From contig OZ024741.1 of assembly GCA_964016885.1 (NCBI GenBank), positions 23,126,001 through 23,190,000 on the forward strand: a stretch of 64,000 bases of DNA, read 5' to 3'. Origin of the DNA: Eledone cirrhosa (lineage: Eukaryota). The notes under the pieces were generated by a model, which ran no database searches, was not told the DNA's origin, and saw only the letters and a list, made by a program, of their open reading frames with translations. Shown piece by piece: positions 1 to 11,285 of the stretch. Within the stretch, counting starts at the first letter, position 1. Each line of letters opens with the position of its first letter. Position numbers and translations under genes: made by a program.

Positions 1-190
1 CACTACCACCATTACCACTATTACCACCACTACTACTACTACCACTACTACCACTATTACCACCATCCACCACTACTACCACTCTCAATACTACTATTAC
101 CGCCATTATTACCACCATTACCACTATTACCACCACTACTACTCTCCATACCACTATTACCACTAATACTATTACTAGTAGTACCACTAA
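1..190. repeat. Degenerate (ACC/ACT/ATT)n trinucleotide microsatellite, cut by the window edge
   Basis: Runs of accact/actact/attacc are directly visible. Confidence 0.9.
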
Positions 191-469
191 CTTTACTTTC
201 ATTACTGCACAATACACATGGCAATAAAGAATTAAAAAAAAAAGAAAAAAGGAATAAAGCAAAGGAAGAAAAGAAGAGGGGGAGGGAGTGAGACTACACT
301 CCAGTCTGAGTGGTGTTTCAGCTGTGAGTTAGTGACCAGAGACACCCACTACAACAGCCACCCCACCTCATGGGTTTCCTTGGATGGGCTGCTGTCTTTC
401 TGACTTTACAAAGGAAATCAGCAGTGTCGGGGACTGAGGTCACCCGAGGTCTCAATGGAGACTGGTACG

Positions 470-1226
470 AAAAGGAAGCAGCCGGCTGGAATTTGCAGAC
501 AACATGGTGTTACTAAACTCGACAGTGATTTCTGACTTGCACTCGATATGTTTGTTGCCAAGTGCTGCATGGCTGCAATGAAAAATTAGTACTGCAAAAC
601 CTGAGACAACATCCTCTCAAGTGCATTCTACATGTGAATGGAGTTCCACTGAAGCAAGTGGAGAGGTTCAACTATCTCAGGGCTGTGTTCACGAGTGATG
701 GAAGGCAGGAGGCTGAATCAAGTGCAAGAATTGCAGGAGCTGGTGCAGTAATGAACAAGTTTCAGTATTCTGTAACCAGAAGAAGGGAGGTATTTGTGTC
801 TTCCATTCGGTATTCATACCAACCCTTACCTATTGTCTTGAATCTTAGGTAATGACTGAAAGAATACGATTGCGAATACAAGCAGCCGAAATGGGGTTTC
901 TCTAAAGGTTTTTGGAGTAACGTTACTCGATAGAGTGCAAGAATCATTCCAGGTAGAGCCGCCACTTCTCCAAATCAAGAGATCACAGCTCTGATACTAT
1001 GGGCATGTGGTTAGAATGTCTCAGGAAAGAATCACTGGACAGATTTTACAGGCAAAACCAAGCAGCAGGAGACCCAGGGGTAGGCTCAGAGCAAGATGGT
1101 TGGATAACATCCATGAGTTTGGCTGGTCTTGCTTGGGGATCTAGCCGGATCAGTTGGAGACAGTTGCTTCTGACAGGACCCACTGGAAGAAGTGTTTGTA
1201 GGCCCTCTAAGTGGGAGAAGAAGAGA
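470..1226 (+). mobile_element. Decayed 3' part of an RTE-clade LINE (RT C-terminus to 3' end), family A
   Basis: Translation across frameshifts gives SRLEFADNMVLL at 480-515 (degenerate F/YADD motif), then ALDMFVAKC..MK/ISTAKPE and LHVNGVPLKQVERFNYL..FTSDG..ARIAGA (the RTE V..F.YLG region). Ends in taagtgggagaagaag. Homologous to minus-strand copies at 53551 and 58729. Confidence 0.85.
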
Positions 1227-1841
1227 TTTATGTATATTCTTTATACACACAATTCCTCTAAATCAAACACAGCTTCTTTAACATCCTGTCATGATTTAGC
1301 AGAAAATATCTAAAAACATGTTTGTTAATTCAAATATTTATTGTATCTTTACTAATAGACAGATCCTTGCTAACATTTGCAATATTAGAGCAAAGACTTT
1401 AATTTTTAATGTGATGCAGTCATAATGCTGTTTTGTACTTTTGTGTATGAGGGGGGCCCCCAAACCTGAAGTATCCCAGTCCCCCCAAGGTTTAAATCCT
1501 ACCCTGCAACAAGGACAGAAACGGTTTTTGTCTAATTGCAAGGATAACCTCTTTAACTCACTATATTAACATATGTGAGACTATACCAGATTTAGGTTTT
1601 CACTTCTCATCTATCCTGAAAAACTGGTAACATACTGTGATTGAGTCAATTGATCATTCCGCTTTTTTCTGAACAAAGGCAAATATTTAGAATAAATATT
1701 TCATGAACATTCTACAGCTAGGAACATTTTAATAGAAGATCTACTGAATGAGAAATAAAAAGGAAAATATTCGTTTTCATGTAAAGTTATTTTGGAGCTC
1801 ATGTTTTACTATCATTCACAATATTTATATGCTTGTATGTT

Positions 1842-2196
1842 CTCTCAGGTCCCAAATAATAGAGGGGGTTGGATAAGTGATGGAGAGATATGCAGGAGCT
1901 TGGAAAATTGGTAATTTTTCTAGGTTTTCTCCATTGATTATTTTTTTTGAAAACCAGAATTAGTTGTTTAGTTTACATAGAGACATAGAGACCCCAACCC
2001 ATCCTATTTATTTTATAACGTATGGGATTTCTAGTAATGTACTTTTTTTCTTATGAATAATGTTTTTTAAGGTCTAAAGAAACTTAATTGTCACAGGAAT
2101 GCTACCACTTGAAATAAAATTTCGCCAGAGATAGATTAGCAAAATTTAATAAGCGATAAGAGTGGTGGGGGAGGACGATTATTCAAGACCTGATAG
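1842..2196. mobile_element. Possible old MITE with imperfect TIRs
   Basis: Left end ctctcaggtcccaaataatag matches the reverse complement of the right end, ctatcaggtcttgaataatcg, at 16/21. tatgtt flanks both sides (1836-1841 and 2197-2202). Confidence 0.45.
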
Positions 2197-2499
2197 TATG
2201 TTACGTGAATGATGGAAGGGTAAAAATGAGAGAGTGAAGAATTTTCAGGAGAGAGGAAACAGTAATGGAATGAGGTAGAAGAAAGAGACGGGTCATTTAC
2301 TTACAGTATGTTTTAGTATGGTTCACAGTTGGGAAAAGAGAGTCAAAATGAGAGAAAGTAAGAGGGAACGCTATTTAAAGAACCAGATACCTATAATTAT
2401 ATATTGTATTGTTTATTATACATTAAATTTAGCTCTGTAACTTACATAGAGCACTCTTCACTCCTATGACTTTTTCAATTTTCAACAGAAACTTCAATA

Positions 2500-2501
<2 letters not shown>

Positions 2502-2579
<78 letters not shown>
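2502..2579. repeat. (TA)n(CA)n compound microsatellite
   Basis: Directly visible. Confidence 0.97.
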
Positions 2580-2740
2580 TTTATAGTCCTTTCCTATACA
2601 GCACACATGTATATAAATACATTTATAGTCCTTTCCTATACAGCCAGATCTGCTCTTATTTACCCCTTCCCTTGTTTTTTCATTACTTAATTACGTTTTT
2701 ATCTTTTTTCATATTCCCACCATTGTATAACTTCTGTAAA
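2577..2740 (+). repeat. Dispersed repeat fragment with an internal 26-bp duplication; inverted copy at about 8800-8948
   Basis: acatttatagtcctttcctatacagc occurs twice. The reverse complement of 8800-8948 reads atttatagtcctttcttatacagccaaatctgc...cattacttaatt...tgtataac. Confidence 0.7.
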
Positions 2741-2908
2741 ATATAGTTGACATACAACCATAGCTAAAAAAATATTTATATAACAAAGACTTTATAAAAT
2801 TAAGTACAGGGTTAAACTAGGGATTTATTCATCACAACCAGTATTTAATCATGAGCAGTTATATGTTGCATTGTGTAGAGCTATGAAATTAATTGATGTT
2901 TTTGTTAA

Positions 2909-3126
2909 TCCTTTAGCATTTAAACCTGCCATATCCAGCCAGAATTCTCTCACCTCATTCTGTTCAAACTGGCTGTAACCAGCTGCTCATACTGATGTTA
3001 AGGTATTGTTTTCAAAATAAATATGAAAATCTCATAGATTTGATATTATGTGAGATAATTATGTGAGGTAAAGCCTTTACCATGAAAATACAATAGTAAA
3101 TATAGAGTAATGTAAATGTTAAAGGG
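2909..3126. mobile_element. piggyBac-type MITE, empty copy (218 bp)
   Basis: TTAA at 2905-2908 and 3127-3130. TIRs are tcctttagcattta and taaatgttaaaggg. A TTAA TSD with CCC...GGG ends is the piggyBac signature. Confidence 0.85.
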
Positions 3127-3202
3127 TTAAAGTAGTTAATATTAATGAGGAAAACAAAGTAAAAAAAAACGTTCACTAAAATCTATTGCATATAAAGGAT
3201 TA

Positions 3203-3275
3203 AATTAATGGTATAAAATATGATGATTATAATTAATGGTATAAATTATGATAATGATAATTAATGGTATAATCA
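3203..3275. repeat. About 2.5 copies of a 28-bp AT-rich minisatellite
   Basis: aattaatggtataa occurs three times. Confidence 0.8.
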
Positions 3276-3314
3276 TTCAAATGATACGATGATGAAATAT
3301 ATGAAAGACTTAAA

Positions 3315-3437
3315 CAGAAGTTGTGAGAGCTAACCTCAACTGAGATGACAAAGGATTGTGAGGAGTGGAGAGATGCTGTGCTGAGAAGGACCTGTCCAAA
3401 CTATGCAAGAGTGGAAAAACAGACGTAATGATGATGT
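3315..3437 (+). mobile_element. 3'-terminal fragment of a second RTE-like LINE (family B) with a (TGA)n tail
   Basis: One frame reads TEMTKDCEEWRDAVLRRT (RTE C-terminal D...WR motif), followed by tggaaaaacagacgtaatgatgatg. Confidence 0.6.
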
Positions 3438-3600
3438 CGGTAATTATTGTCTTAACTAGCTGGCCAATCATGGAGTTTCCTTGATTGACCATCTAGTTTT
3501 AATATATTAACCCTTTAGCATTTAAACTGGCTGCTCATAAGATATTGTTCTCAAAATAAATAATATCAAAATCTTATAGATTCGATATTATGTGAGATAA

Positions 3601-6462
3601 GTACAAACTGTTGTCCTTGAATGCACGTAGTCTATGCAATAAGATTCATCTTTTTGACTCCTACGTCAAAAGTATCAACCCGGACTTCATTACAGTCACG
3701 GAAACTTGGGCACATCCCTTACTCTGTGATGGGGTTTTCAGCATGACTGGTTACAACCTGTTTCGTAAAGACCGTATTAATCGTGGTGGTGGTGGTGTAA
3801 TGGTCTACGTTCGGTCAAATCTGTCGGCAGTTCCTTGTGCTGATTTGAACCAATCACAGCAGGAAGTTTTTTTCTGCAATATACGTATGACCATGTCAAC
3901 ACTGCTACTTGGAGTCGTTTACCGTCCCCCAAATTACCATCAGGACACTCAACTTTGTGATATCCTCAGAGCTGCTGCCAGGAAGACAGCCACTTATGTT
4001 TTCATTGCAGGTGACTTCAATCACCCTGAGATTGACTGGGAGACCTTTCGTTGGCCGCCAAGTGCAAATGACTTCCTTGAGCTGGTGCTGGACTCGAGTT
4101 GGTCCCAGGTGGTCACCTCCCCAACGAGAGGTGACAACACTTTGGACCTACTCTTCACCACTACTCCTGAAACGGTCATTAGTGTTACCTTTAGGTGACT
4201 CTGATCATGCTATGATCATTGCCAATCTATCCCTCATGGGCAGTAACAAGAACCACAACCATCTCCAAACTGCTCACTTTGACTGGAATAAAGCAGACTG
4301 GAACTGTTACTGCACCGAGTTGCAACGGCCAAACTGGCTTGAGTTCTATGACTCTGGAGATGTCAACACTGTACTCCAGAACATCCTGAGCTCAATATGG
4401 ACAGCATGTGCAGCATCGGTGCCACGTAAGCGGAAAAAAACATCCTAAAAGCGCAATTTGGGAGACTGCAGCAGTCCGTCTTGCCAGAAAAGAACGGCGC
4501 AATGCTGAACGTGAGTACAAACTTCACAAATCAGACATTAATAGGAAGAGGCGAAATAGATTGTCCAACCACCTCAAACAGGTGACAAAAGAGGCAGTGC
4601 TTCAATTTGAGCAGCGCATAGCAACCAGCCCTGACAGTAAGGTGTTCTGGAAGTATGTTCACTCAAAGCAGAGGCCTCACTCTCCAGTTGGTCCTCTTCG
4701 CAATCCCCACACAAGCCAGGTTACTGACGACCCCAAGGAATGCGCAGAGCTCATTGCTGAATGCTATGCAGGCATTTTCACCATTGAAGACCAGAGTGTA
4801 CCATCTCCACCACCTATGACACCGGACTCTATTACAACCATGAAATTTACACCTGCAATGCTGCGACGTCACCTAAAAAATAAACGCAACCATGCCTCTC
4901 CTGGTCTTGATGGTGTTACGTACCTGCTTCTTAAACGTGGTGGGTACTTCCTTCTGCACCAGTTATCACGCTTCTTCCAATTCTGTCTGAACAACAGTGC
5001 TACTCCAGAACAGTGGAAAACTGCCAGTGTCATTCCTCTGTTCAAAAAGGGTGACCGCACATCACCTGTGAACTATCGTCCAGTCAGTCTTACTAGTTGC
5101 ATCGCCAAACTGATGGAATCCTGTGTCAGAGAAACACTTTGGAACTTCTGGAGCTCTCACAGTCTTATCCGGCCCTCGCAATTTGGATTTATCCCCAACT
5201 CCAGCTGCTGTGATCAACTTATAGAGTTTCTTGAGGACATCACCCGGATCACTGATGGCGGCTCATGGGTGGATATTGTTTACCTTGACTTTGCGAAGGC
5301 CTTCAATTCTGTGCCACACAAAAGGCTTATGGCAAAACTCTCTGCAATGGGTGTGAAGGATGATCTTTTTAACTGGTTGAAGTCCTTCATTCTCAGTCGA
5401 AGAGAGGTAGTCACGGTTCTGGGACAGCATTCCTCACCATATGAGATGTCATCTGGTGTACCTCAGGGATCTGTTCTTGGCCCCCTTTTGTTTGTGGCAT
5501 ATATTAATGACATAGATGCCAACTTAAGGAATGCCACAGTACTAAAGTACGCAGACGACATCAAGCTGTACCTTGAGATAAAAAGGACAGATCCTGAACA
5601 CTATAGATCTTGCTTGCAGTCTGACCTGGACACAATGCAACTGGATCTCAGACTGGCAACTCAAGCTAGCTGTGGACAAGTGCACCACCATGCATTTTGG
5701 GAGTAAAAACCCAGCGTCCACATACTCCCTCCACAGCACTAATATCAAGAAGTCTTCCTGTGAACGTGACCTGGGCATTACGGTCAGCAGCGATTTGCGT
5801 TGGACGAGGCACGTCTCTAAAATTGTCAAGAGGGCCGAGGGTGTCTTAGCATCACTCAGCAAGACCTTTGTCAGCCGCTCTCCGGATATCTATTTAAGGC
5901 TGTATACAGCTATGGTGCGACCACACTTAGAATTTGCATCACCAGTCTGGAACCCCTATCTTGCTCAGGACATTGACCGCCTGGAAACTGTTCAGAGACG
6001 TGCAACCAAGCGAATACCCTCCATCAGGCATCTACCATACTCTGAGCGCCTTGCTTCCCTGGGCATGGATTCATTGAAGCTCCGACGCCTGGCAACTGAC
6101 TTGGTAAACACCCACAAAATTGTTAACCATGTTGCCAACAACAACCCTGAGTGCCTTTTCGATTTCCATGTGTCTAACACACGTGGACATGCCCACAAAG
6201 TAAGAAAACAGCACAGTTCCCATGACTTTCGGAAACATTTTTTCACGCTCAGAGTTGCTGAAGCATGGAACAAACTACCTGCATCAGTTGTTAGCTGTCG
6301 AGACACTGCATCCTTTAAGGCCTCCATGCTTCCCGAGATCCGCCAACACTACAGCTAACACATACAAACATGTACTTCCCTGACATTTGTGTATTATTCT
6401 ATGTACTATATTGACGAGTTGTAGTGCACCTGAGCACTTTACACAATAATTTCATTATTATT
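3601..6462 (+). mobile_element. CR1-clade LINE, 5'-truncated at the start of ORF2; ORF1 absent
   Basis: APE and RT coding region, a short 3' UTR with the stem-loop AGTGC-acctga-GCACT (6423-6438), and an (ATT)n tail. Confidence 0.93.
3602..6358 (+). pseudogene. LINE ORF2: AP endonuclease plus reverse transcriptase, with frameshifts near 4190, 4437 and 5640
   Basis: APE motifs: LNARSL, VTETW, GGGV, VYRPP, GDFNHP, TRGDNTLDL, SDH. RT motifs: SPGLDG, FKKGD..NYRPVSLTS, QFGF, YLDFAKAF, GVPQGSVLGP, YADD. CR1-type C-terminus: ERDLGI, VRPHLEFA..VW.P, QRRATK, TRGH, FF..RV...WN.LP. Confidence 0.95.
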
Positions 6463-6825
6463 ATAATTATGTGAGATAAGGCCTTTACCACAAAAATACA
6501 ATGGTGTATATAGAGTAATATAAATGCTAAAGGGTTAACTTATATTGATTATGGTTTGGTGGGGTGTCCCATGATAATTTACAGAAGTATAAATGAGAAA
6601 ACAGCCAGGCATTAAATATATCAATTAATATATGTAGGAGACAAAACTGCACTGATATAGACATGTAGTAACATAACTAGGGAAGGGCAGGAGGGGGGCA
6701 AGGTAGAGAGGTTCACCCAGGGTGGTATTTTTTTTAGGTGGCAGTACTTTTAGTCACTTTGATGTGTTTTGTGTTGTGGGAAGGGGGTAATTTCAAAGAA
6801 TTTATTTACATAAATACTTCTTTCT

Positions 6826-7015
6826 TATTCAATATTTTTGACTAATATTTGACTAAATATCAAATTATTATTTTTCAATATGTTTGACTAAATATTAATT
6901 ATTTTTTAATATGTTTCAACAAATATTAATTATTTTTCAATATGTTTCAACAAATAATTATTTTTCAATATGTTTCAACAAATAATTATTTTTCAATATG
7001 TTTCACTAAATATTA
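6826..7015. repeat. AT-rich minisatellite of 27-31-bp units, about 6 copies
   Basis: aattatttttcaatatgtttcaacaaat is repeated. Confidence 0.85.
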
Positions 7016-7117
7016 AATTTATTATATTCATGTAATTTTATCCTAGAAATATATTTAAGCATTTTGAAATAAAATAATTTTATCTATAGAAAAAAACTTT
7101 AAAGTTTATATATAACT

Positions 7118-7155
7118 CATGCTAGCATGGAAAAATGGACGTTAAATGATGATGA
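7118..7155 (+). mobile_element. Family-B retroelement 3' tail remnant
   Basis: catgctagcatggaaaaatggacgttaaatgatgatg. The same tail occurs at 11106, 55090, 58561 and 62335. Confidence 0.7.
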
Positions 7156-7300
7156 ACTACAAGAGTTGCTGCTTCCTGTCCAACTGAAGGATTGGTGGTT
7201 TGTTTGCTATCATTGGTGCTATTGTGGCCAACACTAAAGATACTTAACCCAGGTGTAAATAAGAACCTTCAGGTGATACAATTTATTATTACACCACACG

Positions 7301-7488
7301 GGCGGTGGATTGGCAGTATCGGTAGAGGGTTGGACACCATGCTTTGCCGCATAGAGTTACGGCCCTTGCCATTCTGAGTTCAAATCCCGCCAAGGTTAAC
7401 TTTCATCCTTACGGGGTCGATAAAATAAAGTACCAGTAATACACTGAGTAATTGCTGGCCTTGTGCCAAAAGTAGAAACAATTATTAC
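7301..7488 (+). mobile_element. tRNA-derived SINE (type 1)
   Basis: A-box-like tggcagtatcgg, B-box gagttcaaatccc (7376), central ctttcatccttacggggtcgataaaataaagtacc, and tail ggccttgtgccaaaa...attatta. Confidence 0.85.
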
Positions 7489-7660
7489 ACAATATGCTTA
7501 GTGGCATAGAGTTACGGCTCTTAACGTTGAGTTCAAATCCCGCCGAGGTTAGCTTTGCCTATCCTTACAGGGGCGATAATGTACTGGGGGTCGATTTAAT
7601 TGACTTTCTCCTAACCCCAAATTTGTTGGCCTTGTGTCTAAATCAGAAACCATTATTATA
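7489..7660 (+). mobile_element. Second, 5'-truncated type-1 SINE in tandem
   Basis: gcatagagttacggc, B-box gagttcaaatcccgcc (7529), atccttacaggggcgataa, and tail ggccttgtgtctaaatcagaaaccattatt. Confidence 0.82.
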
Positions 7661-7935
7661 TAACAGCAGTAATATTTACTGTGTTGGTTTGTCTCAAAAA
7701 TTTCCTTTGACCCTGTGATGTGATGCATGACCCATTGTCACACTTGGTGGTGAATTGATGGCGGTTTTTGTTTGTTTGGTTTACTTTTTCTCTTGCTTTG
7801 ATTGTATATTTTTCTGTTATATTTGTGAGGTTCCTAGCAATAATTATATGTTTAATTCATAGGTGGAGTTTCTAGTCTTCGCTGAGTTGAGGGAGGTTGT
7901 TCTCACCCTCCACATGCAGTTGATTCCCCTACACT

Positions 7936-8213
7936 TCACACAGTTGTGTAACACACACACACCCCACACAGTTGTATAACACACACCTACACCACACAGT
8001 TGTGTAACACCCACACCCCACAGTTGTGTAACACCCACACCCCACAGTTGTGTAACACCCATACCCCACAGTTGTGTAACACCCATACCCCACAGTTGTG
8101 TAACACCCACACCCCACAGTTGTGTAACACCCACACCCCACAGTTGTGTAACACCCACACCCCACAGTTGTGTAACACACACACACCTATATCCCACACA
8201 ATTGTGCAACACA
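7936..8213. repeat. 24-bp minisatellite (cacagttgtgtaacacccacaccc), about 11 copies
   Basis: Directly visible; explains the 8-aa repeat ORFs on both strands. Confidence 0.96.
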
Positions 8214-8799
8214 CTAAAATGTCTGATAAAATAATTTGAAAAACAAAAACATGTAAAAAAAAAAAAAGACTTCATTATTTAATGACAAATATAAAAATTA
8301 AACTACTTTAAACTAACTAAATTTAATGTTCCAATTCTTTTATTCACTTAGAATATAAGTTTGGAATCCTGAGACAGCAGGATGCCATTCATTCTGTGAT
8401 CATCATTATTCATACACCACTGAATTTCACTGGTCCTTTAACTACTTGGAGCCCTTTAAAACAGATCTGCTTTCCTCATCTATTCTGGCAGTTTGGTACG
8501 AGCACTGTTTATATCTTAAAAATGAAGAATTATTTTTAGCCTACCTAGGATAAAATAGTGGCACTACCACGAAACTCAGTATACAGACTCAGAAAAAGTT
8601 AAAAACCCTTTACTAAAGTTACAGATTCATATATTTGTCATTTCTTCAAAAAAAGAAAATATATATTAAAAAAATACAGCTGATCTTAAAGTTATTCACA
8701 ATTTGATAAACTGTTAAATATATTTATTAGTACTGTTATTAATATATCATCACTGTTGTCCATTTTTCCACATTGGGTTAAACGAAATATATTCAAGAA

Positions 8800-8948
8800 A
8801 ACAGAAATGTTATACAAAATCTCACAAAGTTGGCTTAAAAACCAGATAATTACATAAATATAAAAAAAGAAAGATAAAAACAAAATTAAGTAATGAGAAA
8901 AAGAGGAAAGAAGGGCAGATTTGGCTGTATAAGAAAGGACTATAAATA
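8800..8948 (-). repeat. Inverted copy of the dispersed repeat at 2619-2740
   Basis: gcagatttggctgtataagaaaggactataaat is the near-exact reverse complement of 2621-2653. Confidence 0.7.
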
Positions 8949-10276
8949 GCATAAATGAGAAAGGAGGGGAAAAGCAAGGACTCTTGGGCCACAGAAGAAA
9001 GGGAGGAGGAAGGGGAGAGGGTGATGGGCTCTGGGCCTAGGGTGTTTGGGCTGCACCCCATGGACAAAACTATTGGGAAGGAAAAAAACCCCAGATAGCA
9101 TCTGAAAAGAAAGGTGCATTAATGCAGCATGTGTGCTAATACATCAAAGGGAAGGGATAATATCGGTTCTCAAGAAGAACAGTTTGCCGTCTTCATTTTT
9201 AATCTCGTTTGTTTTCATTGCTATTAGAAACGTAACAGTGCTGCTCCTTTACTTCTCTCTCTCTCATCCTTAGGTTTTATGCCTAGTTTATCAAGAATTA
9301 TAGAAAACTTTATATTTTTAAATGACTTTATATGAAATCTTAACATTTTTATGTTTAAAACAAATTTAGAAAAAATATTGCTGGGGAACACGAGTCTAAA
9401 AATAAAACAAAATCTTTTAATTAAAAAAATAAAATCTAACGTAATATATAAAAAAAAAAAAAAAAAAAAAAATCTGTTTTTTATCTTTATGCTGCTTAAT
9501 ATAATTTTTTAATTTATCTATGTGTTGTTCATCATCATCATCATCATCATTGTTCATATTTGTATATTTGGAACAGTTTATTTTAAGTTGCTCAACAGAT
9601 TAGTACATGTTGCTTTACCTTGGGTGTAACCAACAGTAGAAATTGGTTAAGGACATAAGAAAATAACTTTTACTTTTTTGTTTCACATAGACACTCGTCA
9701 GATCTCAGATTCTGGCAAACAATTAGTTAATTAATTGTAGGCTTTTGTAAAATGCATTGTTGCAACACTGCATCCTCTAAAGGGATTGAAAAATAATGAG
9801 ATTTTTAGGAAGCTGGTTGTATCTTTTAGTTCATCTGACCTTTAAACAATCCTCTTCACAAACAATTATGTATTGTTGGCTATGATGTCCCAGAGTGTAG
9901 AGCTATAGCATTTAAAGGCATTTACAAGTCTTTAGCAGTTACTATTTTGTAGCCTTTCAAGCTGATATACAAATATATCTGAAGAAAAAAGTTAGGATTG
10001 AAAACCTAGTTTGCAGCAGGCAATCCTGACTAAAAGGTCAACATTAAACAGTTTTCTTGGCAATCCTGACTAAAACTCAAGCTGAGAATTGCTGGTAGTT
10101 CAGTCAGTTATGTGCTATGATAAAAATGGTTTATTAAGTTACCCTATTCCTGAATCTAGTCTGATTTTAGGGCTTTATTTACTGAGACAAAGTATCTGCT
10201 ATCATGATGTCGTTTTTCTCCCACAACGAAGGGGATGAACATTTCTTTGAATTCAGTAATATTTGATAAAAATATA

Positions 10277-10610
10277 TTCTTTATTCTTTTATTGGTTTCT
10301 GTTATTAGACTGTGGTCATTCTAGGGCACCGCCATGAAAGGATTTAGTTGATAATACTGACACCAGTATGTATTTTTTCAAGTTTAGTACATATTTTATA
10401 AATCTCATTTTGCCAAATAACTAAGTAACAGGACATAAACAATAAACACACACTCGACAAGCTTCTACATAGTTTCTGTCTACCAAATTCCACTCACAAG
10501 GCATTAGTCAACTTGAGGTTATAGTAAAAGCCCATGGTACCATGTAGTGGGAACAAACCTAAGACCACATGGTTGTGAAGCACATTCCTTGACACACACA
10601 TGCCTGTGCC
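10277..10610 (-). mobile_element. Decayed tRNA-derived SINE (type 2)
   Basis: The minus strand begins ggcacaggcatgtgtg, has a B-box-like ggtttgttcccact, then ccttgtgagtggaatttggtagacagaaac, and ends in an aaaagaataaagaa tail. Resembles octopus SINEs from memory only. Confidence 0.65.
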
Positions 10611-10936
10611 TTTGATAATAAATGTGAAGTAGAATATAATATAATTGTTTGAATTAAAAAAAGTTTATTACTGGTATTTATTCTAATTAACTCTGAAGGG
10701 TAAAAAGAGAGAAGAAGGAGGCTTACAAAGTTTGGCTTGGAAATAAGTCTTCCTCTTTCTCCTAGCCCTTGCGATACAAGCAGGAGCGAAAAATCTCAGC
10801 CGAGATAGTAATGGTGTCCAAAGTTAAGATGGAAGGATTTGGAGGTTAAGCTGGAATCTGACTTCAGATCGGCAAATAAAATGTTCTGATCTAATAATTC
10901 AACAACTCAATTAATTTACCACCTCACTAATCTATG

Positions 10937-11068
10937 TGTCTCCCTCAACATCCTCCTGAGAAACGCCTTCGCTATTCTGTCTGCCAGGGCAGCAAGGCAG
11001 CTAGCGTGTGGGCCCCCATTTGTTTATAATAGTGAGAGATGGGGAGAATGAGAGAGACGGAGGCAGTG
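10937..11068. repeat. Unclassified short dispersed repeat with fold-back potential; second copy at 55524-55621
   Basis: Both copies share gtctccctca...gccttc.ctattctgtc...cccccatttg.ttataatag.gagagatggggagaa...gagac...ggcagtg. Confidence 0.75.
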
Positions 11069-11105
11069 TCTATGGGAATTTGATTCCATTATGTTCAGAC
11101 CTAAT

Positions 11106-11285
11106 ATCATCATCATCATTTAACGTCCATCTTCCATGCTAGCATGGGTTTGGACAGAAATTTTCCCACTTGAGGCAAGATTGGTTGTCTTGCTCAGGAC
11201 TGTCTGGCGGATTTTCTACAGCTGGATGCCCTTCCTAACACCAACCACGTTTACAGTGTGGACTGGGAGGTTTTTACCATGTTAC
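11106..11285 (-). mobile_element. SINE-like element with a family-B tail
   Basis: The minus strand has aagggcatccagctgtagaaa and ends catgctagcatggaagatggacgttaaatgatgatg. Homologous to 54985-55128. Confidence 0.7.

Larger units (their letters stand above)
3511..6534. mobile_element. piggyBac-type MITE, second copy, interrupted by a CR1-type LINE
   Basis: TTAA at 3507-3510 and 6535-6538. Perfect 14-bp TIRs ccctttagcattta and taaatgctaaaggg. Segments 3511-3600 and 6463-6534 align to the copy at 2909-3126. Confidence 0.88.

Noticed and set aside
121-155. Similarity of the ACC/ACT microsatellite to half of the satellite monomer
   Set aside because: Low-complexity match expected from base composition.
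4663-6327. Minus-strand ORFs within the CR1 element
   Set aside because: Antisense shadows of ORF2 with no recognisable motifs.
7301-7395. tRNA gene
   Set aside because: A and B boxes are present, but there is no cloverleaf and the sequence continues into a SINE body.
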